A DNA stretch of 64,000 nt, taken from the IMG/VR virus record IMGVR_UViG_3300036939_000014, positions 1 through 64,000 of that record; one strand, 5' to 3'. Below the pieces are notes generated by a model. That model had not been told where the DNA came from. It ran no database searches and was given only the letters and a program-made list of their open reading frames with translations. This DNA comes from a virus. Position numbers and translations under genes: made by a program. Shown in pieces: positions 34,248-42,822 of this stretch; positions within the stretch are counted from its first letter, which is position 1, and every line of letters begins with the position of its first letter.

Positions 34248-34562
34248 ATGGACAACTACAAGGAGGAAACGACAGAGAAGACAACAGTAAAGTTCACAGT
34301 CGGCAAGAATGGCGAGCTTGAGTTCAAGTCAGACGGTCTTGACCCTTGGCAACAAACTGAAGCCATAGGACAAGCTCGCCAGCTAGCCAACGGCAATAGT
34401 GTCCGTCAAATCAAAATTACTGAGATACAAGCAACTACAGCAATCGCTAGTCACATCATTATGGGGAGCTTCTTAACCCTGTTGGTGTTTGGCACAACCT
34501 TCAGCTGTAGCAGATTAGTTTCAACTCAAGTCAATCAACCCGTACAGCAGGTTACAAAATGA
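34248..34562 (+). CDS. membrane-anchored protein (C-terminal TM)
   Basis: IIMGSFLTLLVFGTTF hydrophobic helix. Confidence 0.5.
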   Translation: MDNYKEETTEKTTVKFTVGKNGELEFKSDGLDPWQQTEAIGQARQLANGNSVRQIKITEIQATTAIASHIIMGSFLTLLVFGTTFSCSRLVSTQVNQPVQQVTK

Positions 34563-34888
34563 CAGAACACGAAGACGAAAACTCATTAGAGGATTCTACT
34601 GAATCAATACCCTTAGGGAGTTTCGAGATACAGGATTATGCAAACAGACTCTCTGTCACAGCTGACAATGTTAATTCTTACGATGTCATCTATCTACTAG
34701 AGAGAGCTTATGAGATCAGAAAGGAAAATCCACAATATCAAAGAAGTAATCCCGCAACAGCAGCAATGGGGATAATCATATTAGCCATTGCGATCGCCGC
34801 TCTAATCGGCTCAACTATCGGAATAATCAGAGACTATCCAAAGCTACATCAACAAATTACTCAGCCCATTATGGAGAACAACAAATAA
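34559..34888 (+). CDS. membrane-anchored protein (C-terminal TM)
   Basis: ATGA overlap; AAMGIIILAIAIAALIGSTIGII. Confidence 0.5.
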   Translation: MTEHEDENSLEDSTESIPLGSFEIQDYANRLSVTADNVNSYDVIYLLERAYEIRKENPQYQRSNPATAAMGIIILAIAIAALIGSTIGIIRDYPKLHQQITQPIMENNK

Positions 34889-35328
34889 TGCTAGGCGGAT
34901 TCATTACTTTTAATCAAAGCGGTACGGTCTACGGGGCAGCATTAGCCTCAGGTGTTGACCCCACAAACATGGCTCATATTGAGAAATCAGCTAAAGGGAC
35001 AATCAAAACCAACAGCAAGCTAAAGCTGGTTAACAGTCCTGACACAATCCTCAAGAATGCCACAATCAATCGTCAGCTAGAAGTCCAGAACGACCTTATG
35101 AAGCAAGCCTCAGACGTACAAATAAAAGGAATGCGAGCAGCTGTTGAACGCTTGCGGATTGGCAGACAACACCGTAAAGCGGCAATGGGTATTGAGACAG
35201 ACTTCCAGAAAGAAATGGCGGGTGTTACAGAAGACTTGCTCGCTTTCAGAATGGCAACAGGCATGATTCAAGCTGAGTCAGTCGGAACCCAAAAAGCTTA
35301 TAAGTCTAGTCGCTTTGCAGGGTTGTAA
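34888..35328 (+). CDS. hypothetical protein (146 aa)
   Basis: TAATG overlap coupling. Confidence 0.5.
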   Translation: MLGGFITFNQSGTVYGAALASGVDPTNMAHIEKSAKGTIKTNSKLKLVNSPDTILKNATINRQLEVQNDLMKQASDVQIKGMRAAVERLRIGRQHRKAAMGIETDFQKEMAGVTEDLLAFRMATGMIQAESVGTQKAYKSSRFAGL

Positions 35329-35331
35329 GCC

Positions 35332-35610
35332 ATGACTATGAGTAGATTCATGCTTGGTCTGATTGCAACTATACTCGCCAGTGGTCTTCTACTTGCTCAA
35401 CTTGCTGCCTCTTTCGCAGTTATCAGATTCGGCTGTATTGTTCTACTGTTCGCCATGTTCCTAGGGATTGCAATTGATGCAGCAATCGATAAAGCTAAAG
35501 CTTCAGCACAAGGCTATGACGGTGAACTGATTACTGTTATTACACCTCACATAGGGTATGCAATAGTACTGACATTCTTAATCATTGTGGGGGTTGCAAT
35601 CGGATTATGA
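35332..35610 (+). CDS. polytopic small membrane protein
   Basis: Three hydrophobic segments in 92 aa. Confidence 0.5.
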   Translation: MTMSRFMLGLIATILASGLLLAQLAASFAVIRFGCIVLLFAMFLGIAIDAAIDKAKASAQGYDGELITVITPHIGYAIVLTFLIIVGVAIGL

Positions 35611-35807
35611 GCAGAGGAGGAAGGAACGGTATCGGGATACAGGTAGCCAACAAATTATTTGAGGATGTAGGCATAACTTTTACAGACCTTAAAAAGACTA
35701 CAGGTGGCTACCTTGCAACCCACGCAAACGGAACAACCACACTACAGAGGGCAACAGTAACCGAACTAACCAAACAAGTCATTAACTCTTGGTTTGTACT
35801 CAAATGA
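35607..35807 (+). CDS. hypothetical protein (66 aa)
   Basis: ATGA overlap; terminator 35813-35835. Confidence 0.45.
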   Translation: MSRGGRNGIGIQVANKLFEDVGITFTDLKKTTGGYLATHANGTTTLQRATVTELTKQVINSWFVLK

Positions 35808-35856
35808 CACACAGCCCCGTTAAAGGGGCTTTTTAGTAACTATAAGGAGATACACA

Positions 35857-37347
35857 ATGTTATTTCAGACAGAGCGAGCAGCATTAAAACCCACAAGTAT
35901 TATTGCTAACGCTTATGATGCAATATTCCTAAGCACAGCTGTTGTGACAATTGGCAGCAGCTTAATGTTTAGTGGCACTCTAGACAAAATCAGCAAAGCC
36001 CTACTGACTTCTACTGGAGTCGCTAGCCTAAGCTGTTACACCATTAATTGCAAAGCGACTGAGAGAGTCAGAAAAGTTAACAAGGCTTTTGAAGATGCCC
36101 AGATGGACTCTATGAAATACACTCTTGCTGAAGAGGAAGAAGTCTATCAACTTAAGGCTCAAATACAAGGCGCAACCCGCAAGGTAGAAGTGATACTGAA
36201 TGAGTCTGAGCCGTGGGAATGGCAACATTGGGCAAGACAAGGTGAAGTGGTTGAGGTATTCCCTCCAGCGCAAGAACTGACTGGCGAACAGGTAGAACAA
36301 CCGACTATTCAGCAGCATCGCACTGTAAACACTCAAGAAGTAGTTTTTGAGCAGGAAATGCCAGATTTAGCCAAGCAATTGGCTGATGATATGAAGAATT
36401 CGCTAATTGTAGGTGTGCCTGGTAGCGGCAAAGGTCTATTAGTCAGCAACGCTCTACAACACGTTCAGAACCGAGGTGACACCACAGTCTTTTATATTGA
36501 CCCTAAGAACGATAAACGCGAGACAGGTTACTTTACAGGACGCGTCAATCATCTATTTAGATTGCCTGGTGGAATTATCAAAGCTAAACCTATTGAGGTT
36601 TATCACTGGTTATTACAATGCATGGAAGCCTACGAAAACTTTGATTGTGGTAACGGTCGCAAGCTCTTAGTTTTAGATGAGATGACAGCGCTCATGATGA
36701 AATTGGCGAACGTACCAGCTAAGGTTACTGGCACTGTAAAGGGTGATGCTTGGCTAACAGAAGAAGTTGTGACGCGAGCAGCAGCAGGCGATAGTGCAGG
36801 CGGAACAATGTGGGGCATTGCACAGAACGGTCACAATACTGGAGTGGGAATGGATGGTGGGGCTAAGTCCCAATTAACCCCCATTGCACTCATCAGTATC
36901 AAACAGCTTCCTGCTAGTCAAGCTCTGCTTAAAGCTGACTTTGTACCAAGTGACCACAAACTTAGCAGCAATGAAATCAAATACATTTGCGAGCAGTCCC
37001 CAATTGGACGCGCCATTTTTCACGGTGGCTTAAACAATTGGTATCCGATGCCAGTGCTACCTAACCCGTCAGGCTATGACAGAGATAATCGTAAAGCAAT
37101 CGAGCAGCCAGCAAGAGATAGCGAGTCTACAGGCGTTAAGACGACCGTTGTAGAAGAAATTCCCGCAGACCATAATATTCCCGGTATCAACAGCATTCAC
37201 GATCAGATGGTTGCATGGATGCAATCACTAGAGACAATGCCCAATCCAAAACAGGTCAAGGACAAGTGGGAGTCTCTAACTGGTCAAGAGATGTCTATTA
37301 AAGCACTCAAGGGAATGCTTATCGCTTTAGGACTTGAAAAGCCATGA
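35857..37347 (+). CDS. membrane-anchored FtsK/SpoIIIE/TraB-like P-loop ATPase
   Basis: N-terminal TM helices; Walker A VGVPGSGKG; FYIDPKND (FtsK-type DPK); Walker B LLVLDE. Confidence 0.5.
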   Translation: MLFQTERAALKPTSIIANAYDAIFLSTAVVTIGSSLMFSGTLDKISKALLTSTGVASLSCYTINCKATERVRKVNKAFEDAQMDSMKYTLAEEEEVYQLKAQIQGATRKVEVILNESEPWEWQHWARQGEVVEVFPPAQELTGEQVEQPTIQQHRTVNTQEVVFEQEMPDLAKQLADDMKNSLIVGVPGSGKGLLVSNALQHVQNRGDTTVFYIDPKNDKRETGYFTGRVNHLFRLPGGIIKAKPIEVYHWLLQCMEAYENFDCGNGRKLLVLDEMTALMMKLANVPAKVTGTVKGDAWLTEEVVTRAAAGDSAGGTMWGIAQNGHNTGVGMDGGAKSQLTPIALISIKQLPASQALLKADFVPSDHKLSSNEIKYICEQSPIGRAIFHGGLNNWYPMPVLPNPSGYDRDNRKAIEQPARDSESTGVKTTVVEEIPADHNIPGINSIHDQMVAWMQSLETMPNPKQVKDKWESLTGQEMSIKALKGMLIALGLEKP

Positions 37348-37480
37348 AAAGTCTAAAGCAAAGCTTCAAAGTCGCATTTATCACCCTATTGTTTTCTCTT
37401 GCATTTGGAATTCATGTCACTATTATCACAACTGTCATGGAGCTAAACTTACTTGCAACAGAAGAAAGAGGGACAGGCAG

Positions 37481-37810
37481 ATGACCTTTTACCCTAATCT
37501 CAACTGGGATGTACGTTACCCGCCTAATTGGTCTGACATCAGGCGAGCGACTCATGAAGCTACAGGCGGCATCTGCTGCTGTTGCAAACAGAATCTAAGC
37601 ACAGAAGTTCATCACAGTCGCTACCTTTGGAAGGGTGACACACCGGGTAGTAATATTTTCGGGTTGTGCCAATCCTGTCATAAATTAAGTCATTCTGAAC
37701 AACACTGGATTAAGCACAAAGGTAATCCACTTTGGAAGAGTCGCAACACTGAACAATGGGAGGCAAAGCTTAGAGCAGGATTTAATGACCTAAAGAGAAG
37801 ACCTCTATGA
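37481..37810 (+). CDS. HNH endonuclease-like protein
   Basis: ATG 37481; CCCCKQ..STEVHHSRY...LCQSCHKLSH; paralog of the next gene. Confidence 0.55.
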   Translation: MTFYPNLNWDVRYPPNWSDIRRATHEATGGICCCCKQNLSTEVHHSRYLWKGDTPGSNIFGLCQSCHKLSHSEQHWIKHKGNPLWKSRNTEQWEAKLRAGFNDLKRRPL

Positions 37811-37941
37811 AACAATTCTTAGCTCGATTATTCCTTGAGTTACTATTAATGGCTGTTTCTATAGATTCCCCTGTAGATGCAGCCATTTTTGTTACTATTG
37901 TCCACATTCAATCAATGGAGTACGTCAATGGTTAGCAACAA

Positions 37942-38355
37942 ATGAAAAAGCATAAAAATCTTAAGAAACGTAAACAGAAGACCACAAACACAATTGAGTT
38001 TAGACCCAAGAATGAATATGACTGGACTGTCCGTTATGGCAATCTGGATGACTACCGGGTGCTATGCGCCCGCACTCATGCTGCCACTTATGGGAAGTGT
38101 TGCGTATGCCTTACAGCAAAAAGTGAGGTAATTCATCACAGCCGATACTTAGGTGACGAAGACAAACCAGGACTAAACGTCTTTGCCTGTTGCTCTAGGT
38201 GCCACCGTAAAAGGTGTCACTCTAAGTCTAATTGGGTGTGGGATAACAAGAACCCTGTATGGGGTAACCACAACACCGCTGGTTTTGAGAAACGACTTCA
38301 GACTGGCTACAAGATACTGAGTGCGAGTGGAAGCATCAAGATAACTCCCGTCTGA
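37942..38355 (+). CDS. HNH endonuclease-like protein
   Basis: CCVCL...SEVIHHSRY...CCSRCHRKRCH; immediately followed by an element copy. Confidence 0.55.
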   Translation: MKKHKNLKKRKQKTTNTIEFRPKNEYDWTVRYGNLDDYRVLCARTHAATYGKCCVCLTAKSEVIHHSRYLGDEDKPGLNVFACCSRCHRKRCHSKSNWVWDNKNPVWGNHNTAGFEKRLQTGYKILSASGSIKITPV

Positions 38356-38357
38356 TA

Positions 38358-38462
38358 GGCTTATGCTCGAAATCGACCTCTAAGCCTTACTGGGGATGAC
38401 TTAGAGCCACCGACACCACCAGGATATTAACTAGAAATGAAAGCTAGAGGTGTCGGTTTTAC
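38358..38462 (+). ncRNA. structured repeat element E14 (core only, compensatory stem variant)
   Basis: Starts 3 nt after HNH stop; CTCGAAATCGACCTCTAAGCCTTAC core; stem CCGACACC/GGTGTCGG plus TTTT. Confidence 0.6.
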
Positions 38463-38469
38463 TTCTTAC

Positions 38470-38628
38470 TGGCAACAATGTTCTGTCTGGAACTACCGCT
38501 AGCCGCAAGGTAACTGGCTGGTATTCAGTTTATGCTCAAAACCACCCTCTAACACTTACTGTGTATAGCTTTCAGCGACCGGAACCTCCAATATGTTAGT
38601 TAAATCAGAAGCACTAACGTTCCGTTTT
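38470..38628 (+). ncRNA. structured repeat element E15
   Basis: TGGCAA start; core; terminal 48 nt identical to 49130-49177; T-run. Confidence 0.65.
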
Positions 38629-38632
38629 AAAT

Positions 38633-38666
38633 AGCCACCCCTAGAATCGGTTTCTAGGGGTGGCTT
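38633..38666. terminator. bidirectional terminator
   Basis: 13-bp stem GCCACCCCTAGAA/TTCTAGGGGTGGC between E15 and the minus-strand operon. Confidence 0.65.
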
Positions 38667-38696
38667 AAGGAGAAGTGATAGTTAGAGCGTTAATGT

Positions 38697-39077
38697 TTAT
38701 TCAGTCACGCTGCTTGCCTCCTGAGTGGCACTGGTTACTTTCTTAATTGTCCATCCCCTGTAGGGTTTGCCCCAACGGATGTACTGTTGAACCGAAGGAT
38801 AAGGTAAGTCCTGCTCTGCACACCATTCAGGTAAGTCTGTAATTGTGGTCTGCTCACCTTCAGGACTAATAGCCACGTAAGTCCTCAGCCGTGATTGCCT
38901 ACCTTTCTCTATCATTGCCTCACGGTTAGATTCCCATTCCCGTGCAAGTGGTCTTTTAACAGGCTCGCTAAGGGCTTGCTCTAATGAGATGCCTTTTCGT
39001 AGTCGCGAGTAGACAGTTCGTGGCTTTAAGCCGTGCTGTAGGGCTAACTGATAGACGTTAGGTGTTTCCTTAGGCAT
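38697..39077 (-). CDS. HTH-domain protein, paralog A
   Basis: MPKETPNVYQLALQHGLKPRTVYSRLRKGISLEQAL; about 60 percent identical by eye to 39070-39426. Confidence 0.55.
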   Translation of the reverse strand: MPKETPNVYQLALQHGLKPRTVYSRLRKGISLEQALSEPVKRPLAREWESNREAMIEKGRQSRLRTYVAISPEGEQTTITDLPEWCAEQDLPYPSVQQYIRWGKPYRGWTIKKVTSATQEASSVTE

Positions 39078-39426
39078 TGCTTGGCACCTTTTTGATAGTC
39101 CAGCCCTTGTAAGGCTTGCCTCTACGGCTGTAAGTGCTAACAGATTTATAGTTCAACCCTTTTTCAGCACACCACTGTGGCAAGTCTGTAATTGTTTCTT
39201 CCTTCCCTTGAGGACTGATTGCAATGTAAGTCTTTAGTTTAGAGAGTCTCCCTTTTTCAATCATCGCTTCACGATTTAATCTCCATTGTTGTTGGATAGA
39301 ACCCTTAAGAGGCTCGCTTAAGGCTTCCTCAAATGTCATTCCTCTGCGTATTCGGGCATAGACAGTATAAGGATTAAAGCCGTGTTGCAATGCCAATTGA
39401 TAGACGTTTGGTGTGGTTTTAGGCAT
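39070..39426 (-). CDS. HTH-domain protein, paralog B
   Basis: MPKTTPNVYQLALQHGFNPYTVYARIRRGMTFEEAL; overlap-coupled. Confidence 0.55.
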   Translation of the reverse strand: MPKTTPNVYQLALQHGFNPYTVYARIRRGMTFEEALSEPLKGSIQQQWRLNREAMIEKGRLSKLKTYIAISPQGKEETITDLPQWCAEKGLNYKSVSTYSRRGKPYKGWTIKKVPSNA

Positions 39427-39715
39427 CTTGATTATCCTTATTTACTTTTCCCTTAAAGCAATGGTGTAAAGGGTCATTTAGTGCCTGTTCTAATGACAGA
39501 CCTTTACGCAGTCGAGCATAAACAGTGCCTGGTAATAAACCAGATTTCAAAGCCAGCTGATAGACATTTGGTTTATCCTCTTGAAAAGTTTTTACAGCTT
39601 CTTCAGCCGACAAACCTGTTCGTTTCATTCGTGCATAGAGGGTTTTTGGTTTAATGCCGTTTTCAATAGCAATCTGGTTAGCTGTTTTTTTGAGGGGGCG
39701 TTTAGTTCTTGACAT
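39419..39715 (-). CDS. tandem double-HTH protein, paralog C
   Basis: Two copies of the A...G..P.T.YAR...G.S.E.A motif. Confidence 0.55.
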   Translation of the reverse strand: MSRTKRPLKKTANQIAIENGIKPKTLYARMKRTGLSAEEAVKTFQEDKPNVYQLALKSGLLPGTVYARLRKGLSLEQALNDPLHHCFKGKVNKDNQDA

Positions 39716-39911
39716 TGGATGCCTCCGTAGTAGCTTTTACCGTCGCTTCGCTCGTTTCTGTGACCTGTAAGCGGTAGTCTGGGAGGCTTCTGATTAATTC
39801 CCTCAGCACATCTGTCTTAGAGCGTCTAGTAGCCTTGCAATAAGCCTCTAGCTTGCCTTTCTCTTTGTGCGTTGGTTGAAAAGTTACAAATGGTTGTCCT
39901 TGAATTGCCAT
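39702..39911 (-). CDS. ribbon-helix-helix (CopG/Arc-like) protein
   Basis: GKLEAYCKATRRSKTDVLRELIRSL; first gene after the palindromic promoter region. Confidence 0.45.
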   Translation of the reverse strand: MAIQGQPFVTFQPTHKEKGKLEAYCKATRRSKTDVLRELIRSLPDYRLQVTETSEATVKATTEASNVKN

Positions 39912-39913
39912 TT

Positions 39914-39980
39914 TGGTATTGACTCAGTTGGTACTCACGTTTACTATAGTGACATAACCACTCACAAAAGGTCAATACCA
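39914..39980. promoter_or_regulatory. face-to-face promoter pair inside a 10-bp inverted repeat
   Basis: TGGTATTGAC...GTCAATACCA; plus strand TTGACT-17-TACTAT; minus strand TTGACC-18-CACTAT; the -10 hexamers overlap in TACTATAGTGA. Confidence 0.55.
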
Positions 39981-39984
39981 GGTT

Positions 39985-40557
39985 ATGCAAAATAAAAAAC
40001 TGCCTACAGATTACGTTAGGCTTTTTAAGCCAGAAGATTTAGAAAATATCTCTATCTTTTTAGAGGCTGTTTACCTTATCTCACAAGCAATTGAGTCATT
40101 AAATGAATATGACTTAGGCGATTCTAAATTTAGAGATTTATTGGAGCAAAGCAATCTAGTGCTACAAGGGCACGCAATGTCTGAAAATAACACTAAAGCC
40201 TTGGTTGCATTAGAATTTTCTGCAATGCTGACATGGGCAAGAGTAAGTGATTACCGCAAAAAAGGAGATCAGAAAACTACGATAAAAAGCAAAGTTTATT
40301 TCTTGCTAGACGAAGAAAGCAATTTGCTCAAGATAGGTAGAACTTTAGATGTTACATCAAGGCGCAGAACATTAGAAACCATGTCAGGTAGAAAATTAAC
40401 GTTAATAGGAAGCATAAAAGGAGGGGCAGAGATGGAATCATATTTTCATCGAATGTACAAGCCTTACCGATGCGAGGGAGAATGGTTCAGACTTCCAAGC
40501 GAATTTATAGAAGATATTAAAAAAGGGGTCAGGGTTACTAAACCACGTAAACAATAA
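39985..40557 (+). CDS. T5orf172 / GIY-YIG-like domain protein
   Basis: C-terminal KVYFLLDEESNLLKIGRT.....R...L.........E..FH..Y...R..GEWFRL. Confidence 0.6.
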   Translation: MQNKKLPTDYVRLFKPEDLENISIFLEAVYLISQAIESLNEYDLGDSKFRDLLEQSNLVLQGHAMSENNTKALVALEFSAMLTWARVSDYRKKGDQKTTIKSKVYFLLDEESNLLKIGRTLDVTSRRRTLETMSGRKLTLIGSIKGGAEMESYFHRMYKPYRCEGEWFRLPSEFIEDIKKGVRVTKPRKQ

Positions 40558-40575
40558 CCCATTAAAATTTAGCTA

Positions 40576-40604
40576 TTGACATTCATCTAAAGCCAAGCTA
40601 ACTT
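40576..40604 (+). promoter_or_regulatory. sigma70-like promoter
   Basis: TTGACA-17-TAACTT. Confidence 0.5.
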
Positions 40605-40934
40605 GTAATAGTAAGCCGTTCCACAAGGCAAAATGACCGAAATCAAAAGACCCGGTAGGCACATCATCTTAAATGGTGGACCTACAACGAGAAAGTAGAA
40701 GGCAATTACATCCAAGGCGAACACAAGCCTACTCAGCCTGAACACAAAGAGCGCAACATTACAGATCAGTCTGAAGTCACAGACAGCAACGGTAAAAACT
40801 TTGTAGAGAATCTGGGAGGTGGGGTAGTAAATCGCTGGTTCTAAAACTTAATCCTTAACGCTCGCTAAGAAAGCCGACTACACCAGTCGGCTTTTCTGCT
40901 TTAATGGCAGCAATAAAACTAATCCCCTAAACTC

Positions 40935-40963
40935 TTGACACTATATTGACATTTAGCTAATAT
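40935..40963 (+). promoter_or_regulatory. double-box promoter (leaderless gene)
   Basis: TTGACA-ctatat-TTGACA-TTTAGC-TAATAT; ATG 7 nt later. Confidence 0.65.
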
Positions 40964-40970
40964 AAGAAAC

Positions 40971-41174
40971 ATGAAGCCAAGATACAGGAGGCAGAGCAAA
41001 CTATACCTTTTAGACGAACTCAAGGAAGAAATCTCAGAAGACTATAATCTGACTGAAATTGAGGAAGCATTTCTCTTTTCCCACACAGGAGGTTCCACAG
41101 CCAACAAACTTCTTAGAATTCTCGAATGTCGATTAGTAACGTACCAACAACAGACTCACAAGGATAAAAAATGA
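40971..41174 (+). CDS. hypothetical protein (67 aa), probably leaderless
   Basis: ATG lies 7 nt after the -10 TAATAT of promoter 40935-40963. Confidence 0.5.
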   Translation: MKPRYRRQSKLYLLDELKEEISEDYNLTEIEEAFLFSHTGGSTANKLLRILECRLVTYQQQTHKDKK

Positions 41175-41362
41175 TTGAACTTGGACAATATGAGACAGTA
41201 GATGGATTGACCGCAACAGTTTTGGAATGGAATAAACAATTTGAAATAGCGGTTGGTTATGTTCTTGATTATCCAGTAAAAGGTGAAACCTACAATACTG
41301 CATGGTCTTCAAATGGGGAGGAAGTAGACGACAAAGACGAATTAGACCTTGACATAGACTAA
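41171..41362 (+). CDS. hypothetical protein (63 aa)
   Basis: ATGA overlap. Confidence 0.5.
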   Translation: MIELGQYETVDGLTATVLEWNKQFEIAVGYVLDYPVKGETYNTAWSSNGEEVDDKDELDLDID

Positions 41363-41404
41363 GAACAAACCGCAAACCTTAAACACTAAACAGGACTTAA
41401 GCAA

Positions 41405-42442
41405 ATGCAATCACAAGTAATGCAAGATTTAGCCGCTAAGAAAGCAGAATTAGAAGCTCGCCTGCTCCAACTAAAACAAGAGCAAGAAGCTGCCCAGAAA
41501 GAATTTGAACTCATGCAGAGTGGTGGTGAAAAAGCTCAAGAAGCCCTCGCTGTTCTAGAGCAGCTACTGAATGAGACACCAAACGAAATGAAGCCAGCAC
41601 TATTCAAAAGCCTCTACAAAGCTCTAGAACAAGAGGCAAAGCGAGCAGGTATCAGCTTGCTGGCTGAAGCTACAGTAAGCGTTAATGGCAACGGCAAAGC
41701 ATCAACAGCTGAGTCTAACGGTAAGCGCACCCGCAAGAGCAAGGATGAGCTGACAGAACCAGCTAATTTTTCAGTGTTTCCGAACAACAACAGGTTAGCG
41801 GTTAACGGCTTTATTCAAGGCAACGCTGTTAAGTTCAATCAAGTCTACATTAGTGTAGATGGACTGCGAGCTACACCAGCATCTGAAGCATCGGCTACAG
41901 TCTGGAAAGCTTGGTTTTTAGAAAACCAGTATGCCACAAGCATTAAGACGGGGGATATGTTCGACAAAGCTAAAGATTTGATGGCGGGTATCTACCTGCT
42001 AGAACTTTCTGACGTTACTCTGAAAGACCTGAGTAAGCTAGTAGACCTGGATTTCTCAAAAGCTCCTGACTCAGAAGAAAATGAGCGCCGCATGAATCAG
42101 GATTATGTAGGATTAATTCTGTTGACTGATGAAGAGGAACCAGCTAGCGAGCCTGAAATACAGCCTACTGAAGAACCTACACCAGTTCAGCATGAGGAAA
42201 TCATGGAGGTTGCACCCGCTAATGACTTCTTGCCAATTGGTACTAAGTTCCAAGCTACAGGTCTACAAGGATTTGAATCTAAGTATGGTGAGGTAGTGGG
42301 AGTTAACCCAAGCAACCAAAGACCCTACGAATGTAAGCTTGACGGCTTTGCTCAAAATATAATGCTGAGTGACGACCAATTTACAGCGATTTCAGAAGAG
42401 GAATACGAGACAGAGGAGGAAGACTTAAACATTCCCTTCTAA
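41405..42442 (+). CDS. acidic coiled-coil protein with SSB-like C-terminal tip
   Basis: 345 aa; ends EEEDLNIPF. Confidence 0.55.
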   Translation: MQSQVMQDLAAKKAELEARLLQLKQEQEAAQKEFELMQSGGEKAQEALAVLEQLLNETPNEMKPALFKSLYKALEQEAKRAGISLLAEATVSVNGNGKASTAESNGKRTRKSKDELTEPANFSVFPNNNRLAVNGFIQGNAVKFNQVYISVDGLRATPASEASATVWKAWFLENQYATSIKTGDMFDKAKDLMAGIYLLELSDVTLKDLSKLVDLDFSKAPDSEENERRMNQDYVGLILLTDEEEPASEPEIQPTEEPTPVQHEEIMEVAPANDFLPIGTKFQATGLQGFESKYGEVVGVNPSNQRPYECKLDGFAQNIMLSDDQFTAISEEEYETEEEDLNIPF

Positions 42443-42496
42443 TCTGAACTTCTAATAAGCCTATTAATAAGCCCTCTAAAATCTAGAGGGCTTATT

Positions 42497-42545
42497 TTTG
42501 ACATTTAGGAAATAAGCAGCTATCTTGTATTTATTGACATTGTAA
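42497..42545 (+). promoter_or_regulatory. tandem promoters
   Basis: TTGACA-tttagg-AAATAA, with TATCTT at 17 nt; second TTGACA at 42534. Confidence 0.5.
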
Positions 42546-42559
42546 TAAAGGTTTTCCAA

Positions 42560-42790
42560 ATGACGCAATCAACTAGCCAAGAACTTTACCCAGTAGTGGT
42601 GGTAACCTCTAAATCGCTTCTTGGAGATTCAGAAAAACAAATATCTTTTAAAGAGGCTTTAATAAGGTTTAAAACCTTGCCTGTTGTAATGGCTTTTCTA
42701 CAAGACGATGAAATACAAGAAATGACAGTCTGTTCTGCCAACAGCGGCTTTGTTAAGACCTTCAGAAAGTACAGTGCGAGCAATATGTAA
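42560..42790 (+). CDS. hypothetical protein (76 aa)
   Basis: Tandem promoters at 42497-42545. Confidence 0.5.
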   Translation: MTQSTSQELYPVVVVTSKSLLGDSEKQISFKEALIRFKTLPVVMAFLQDDEIQEMTVCSANSGFVKTFRKYSASNM

Positions 42791-42822
42791 AGGACGCTTA
42801 AGCAGCAACACTAAATACCGAA

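Noticed and set aside
34076-34321. Track ORF overlapping the ends of 33643-34173 and 34248-34562
   Set aside because: It is out of frame and overlaps two better-supported genes. Its composition is Leu/His-rich with no context signals.
40633-40844. Possible -1 frameshifted gene: a 21-codon ORF, then an open frame ending ...GGGVVNRWF
   Set aside because: No canonical slippery heptamer at the junction, no start codon in the long frame, and no recognisable domain. The evidence is too weak to call.
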